A DNA stretch of 23,095 nucleotides, from NCBI RefSeq assembly GCF_006345805.1, contig NW_021836639.1:1-23095 (forward strand), in the 5' to 3' direction. The notes under the pieces were generated by a model. That model was not told the DNA's origin. It ran no database searches and saw only the letters and a program-made list of their open reading frames with translations. Position 1 is the stretch's first letter. The number at the start of each line of letters is the position of its first letter. Shown here piece after piece: positions 23,011 through 23,095 of the stretch. Made by a program: the position numbers and the translations under genes. The stretch comes from Octopus sinensis. Its lineage: Eukaryota.

Positions 23011-23095
23011 ATTTTTATGTTTACTACAGATATCTTGAAGCTAATCTTCTTCCTACAACTCGATCCTTGGATCTTACATTGATATAACTATATAT

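Overview
AT-rich, microsatellite-saturated eukaryotic DNA with no confidently identifiable host gene. The repeat families look like Octopus/cephalopod SINEs and Penelope-like elements (PLEs); this is recognition from memory, not a database search. Most ORFs in the supplied track are microsatellite artefacts. The supportable content is layered mobile-element debris: at least three tRNA-derived SINE families, a decayed PLE reverse-transcriptase fragment, a mariner transposase relic with WVPHEL, a probable non-autonomous Helitron 5' part, a possible I-group LINE C-terminus, and a ~485-bp tandem array with a fold-back. The most interesting signal is a cluster at 9.8-12.0 kb of minimal type I hammerhead-ribozyme-like motifs from two apparently distinct families. 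One intact copy (11833-11883, minus strand) has a G3-C8 swap of the conserved C3-G8 core pair and a palindromic stem III, and overlaps a 70-bp fold-back hairpin. Ribozyme activity is inferred, not shown.
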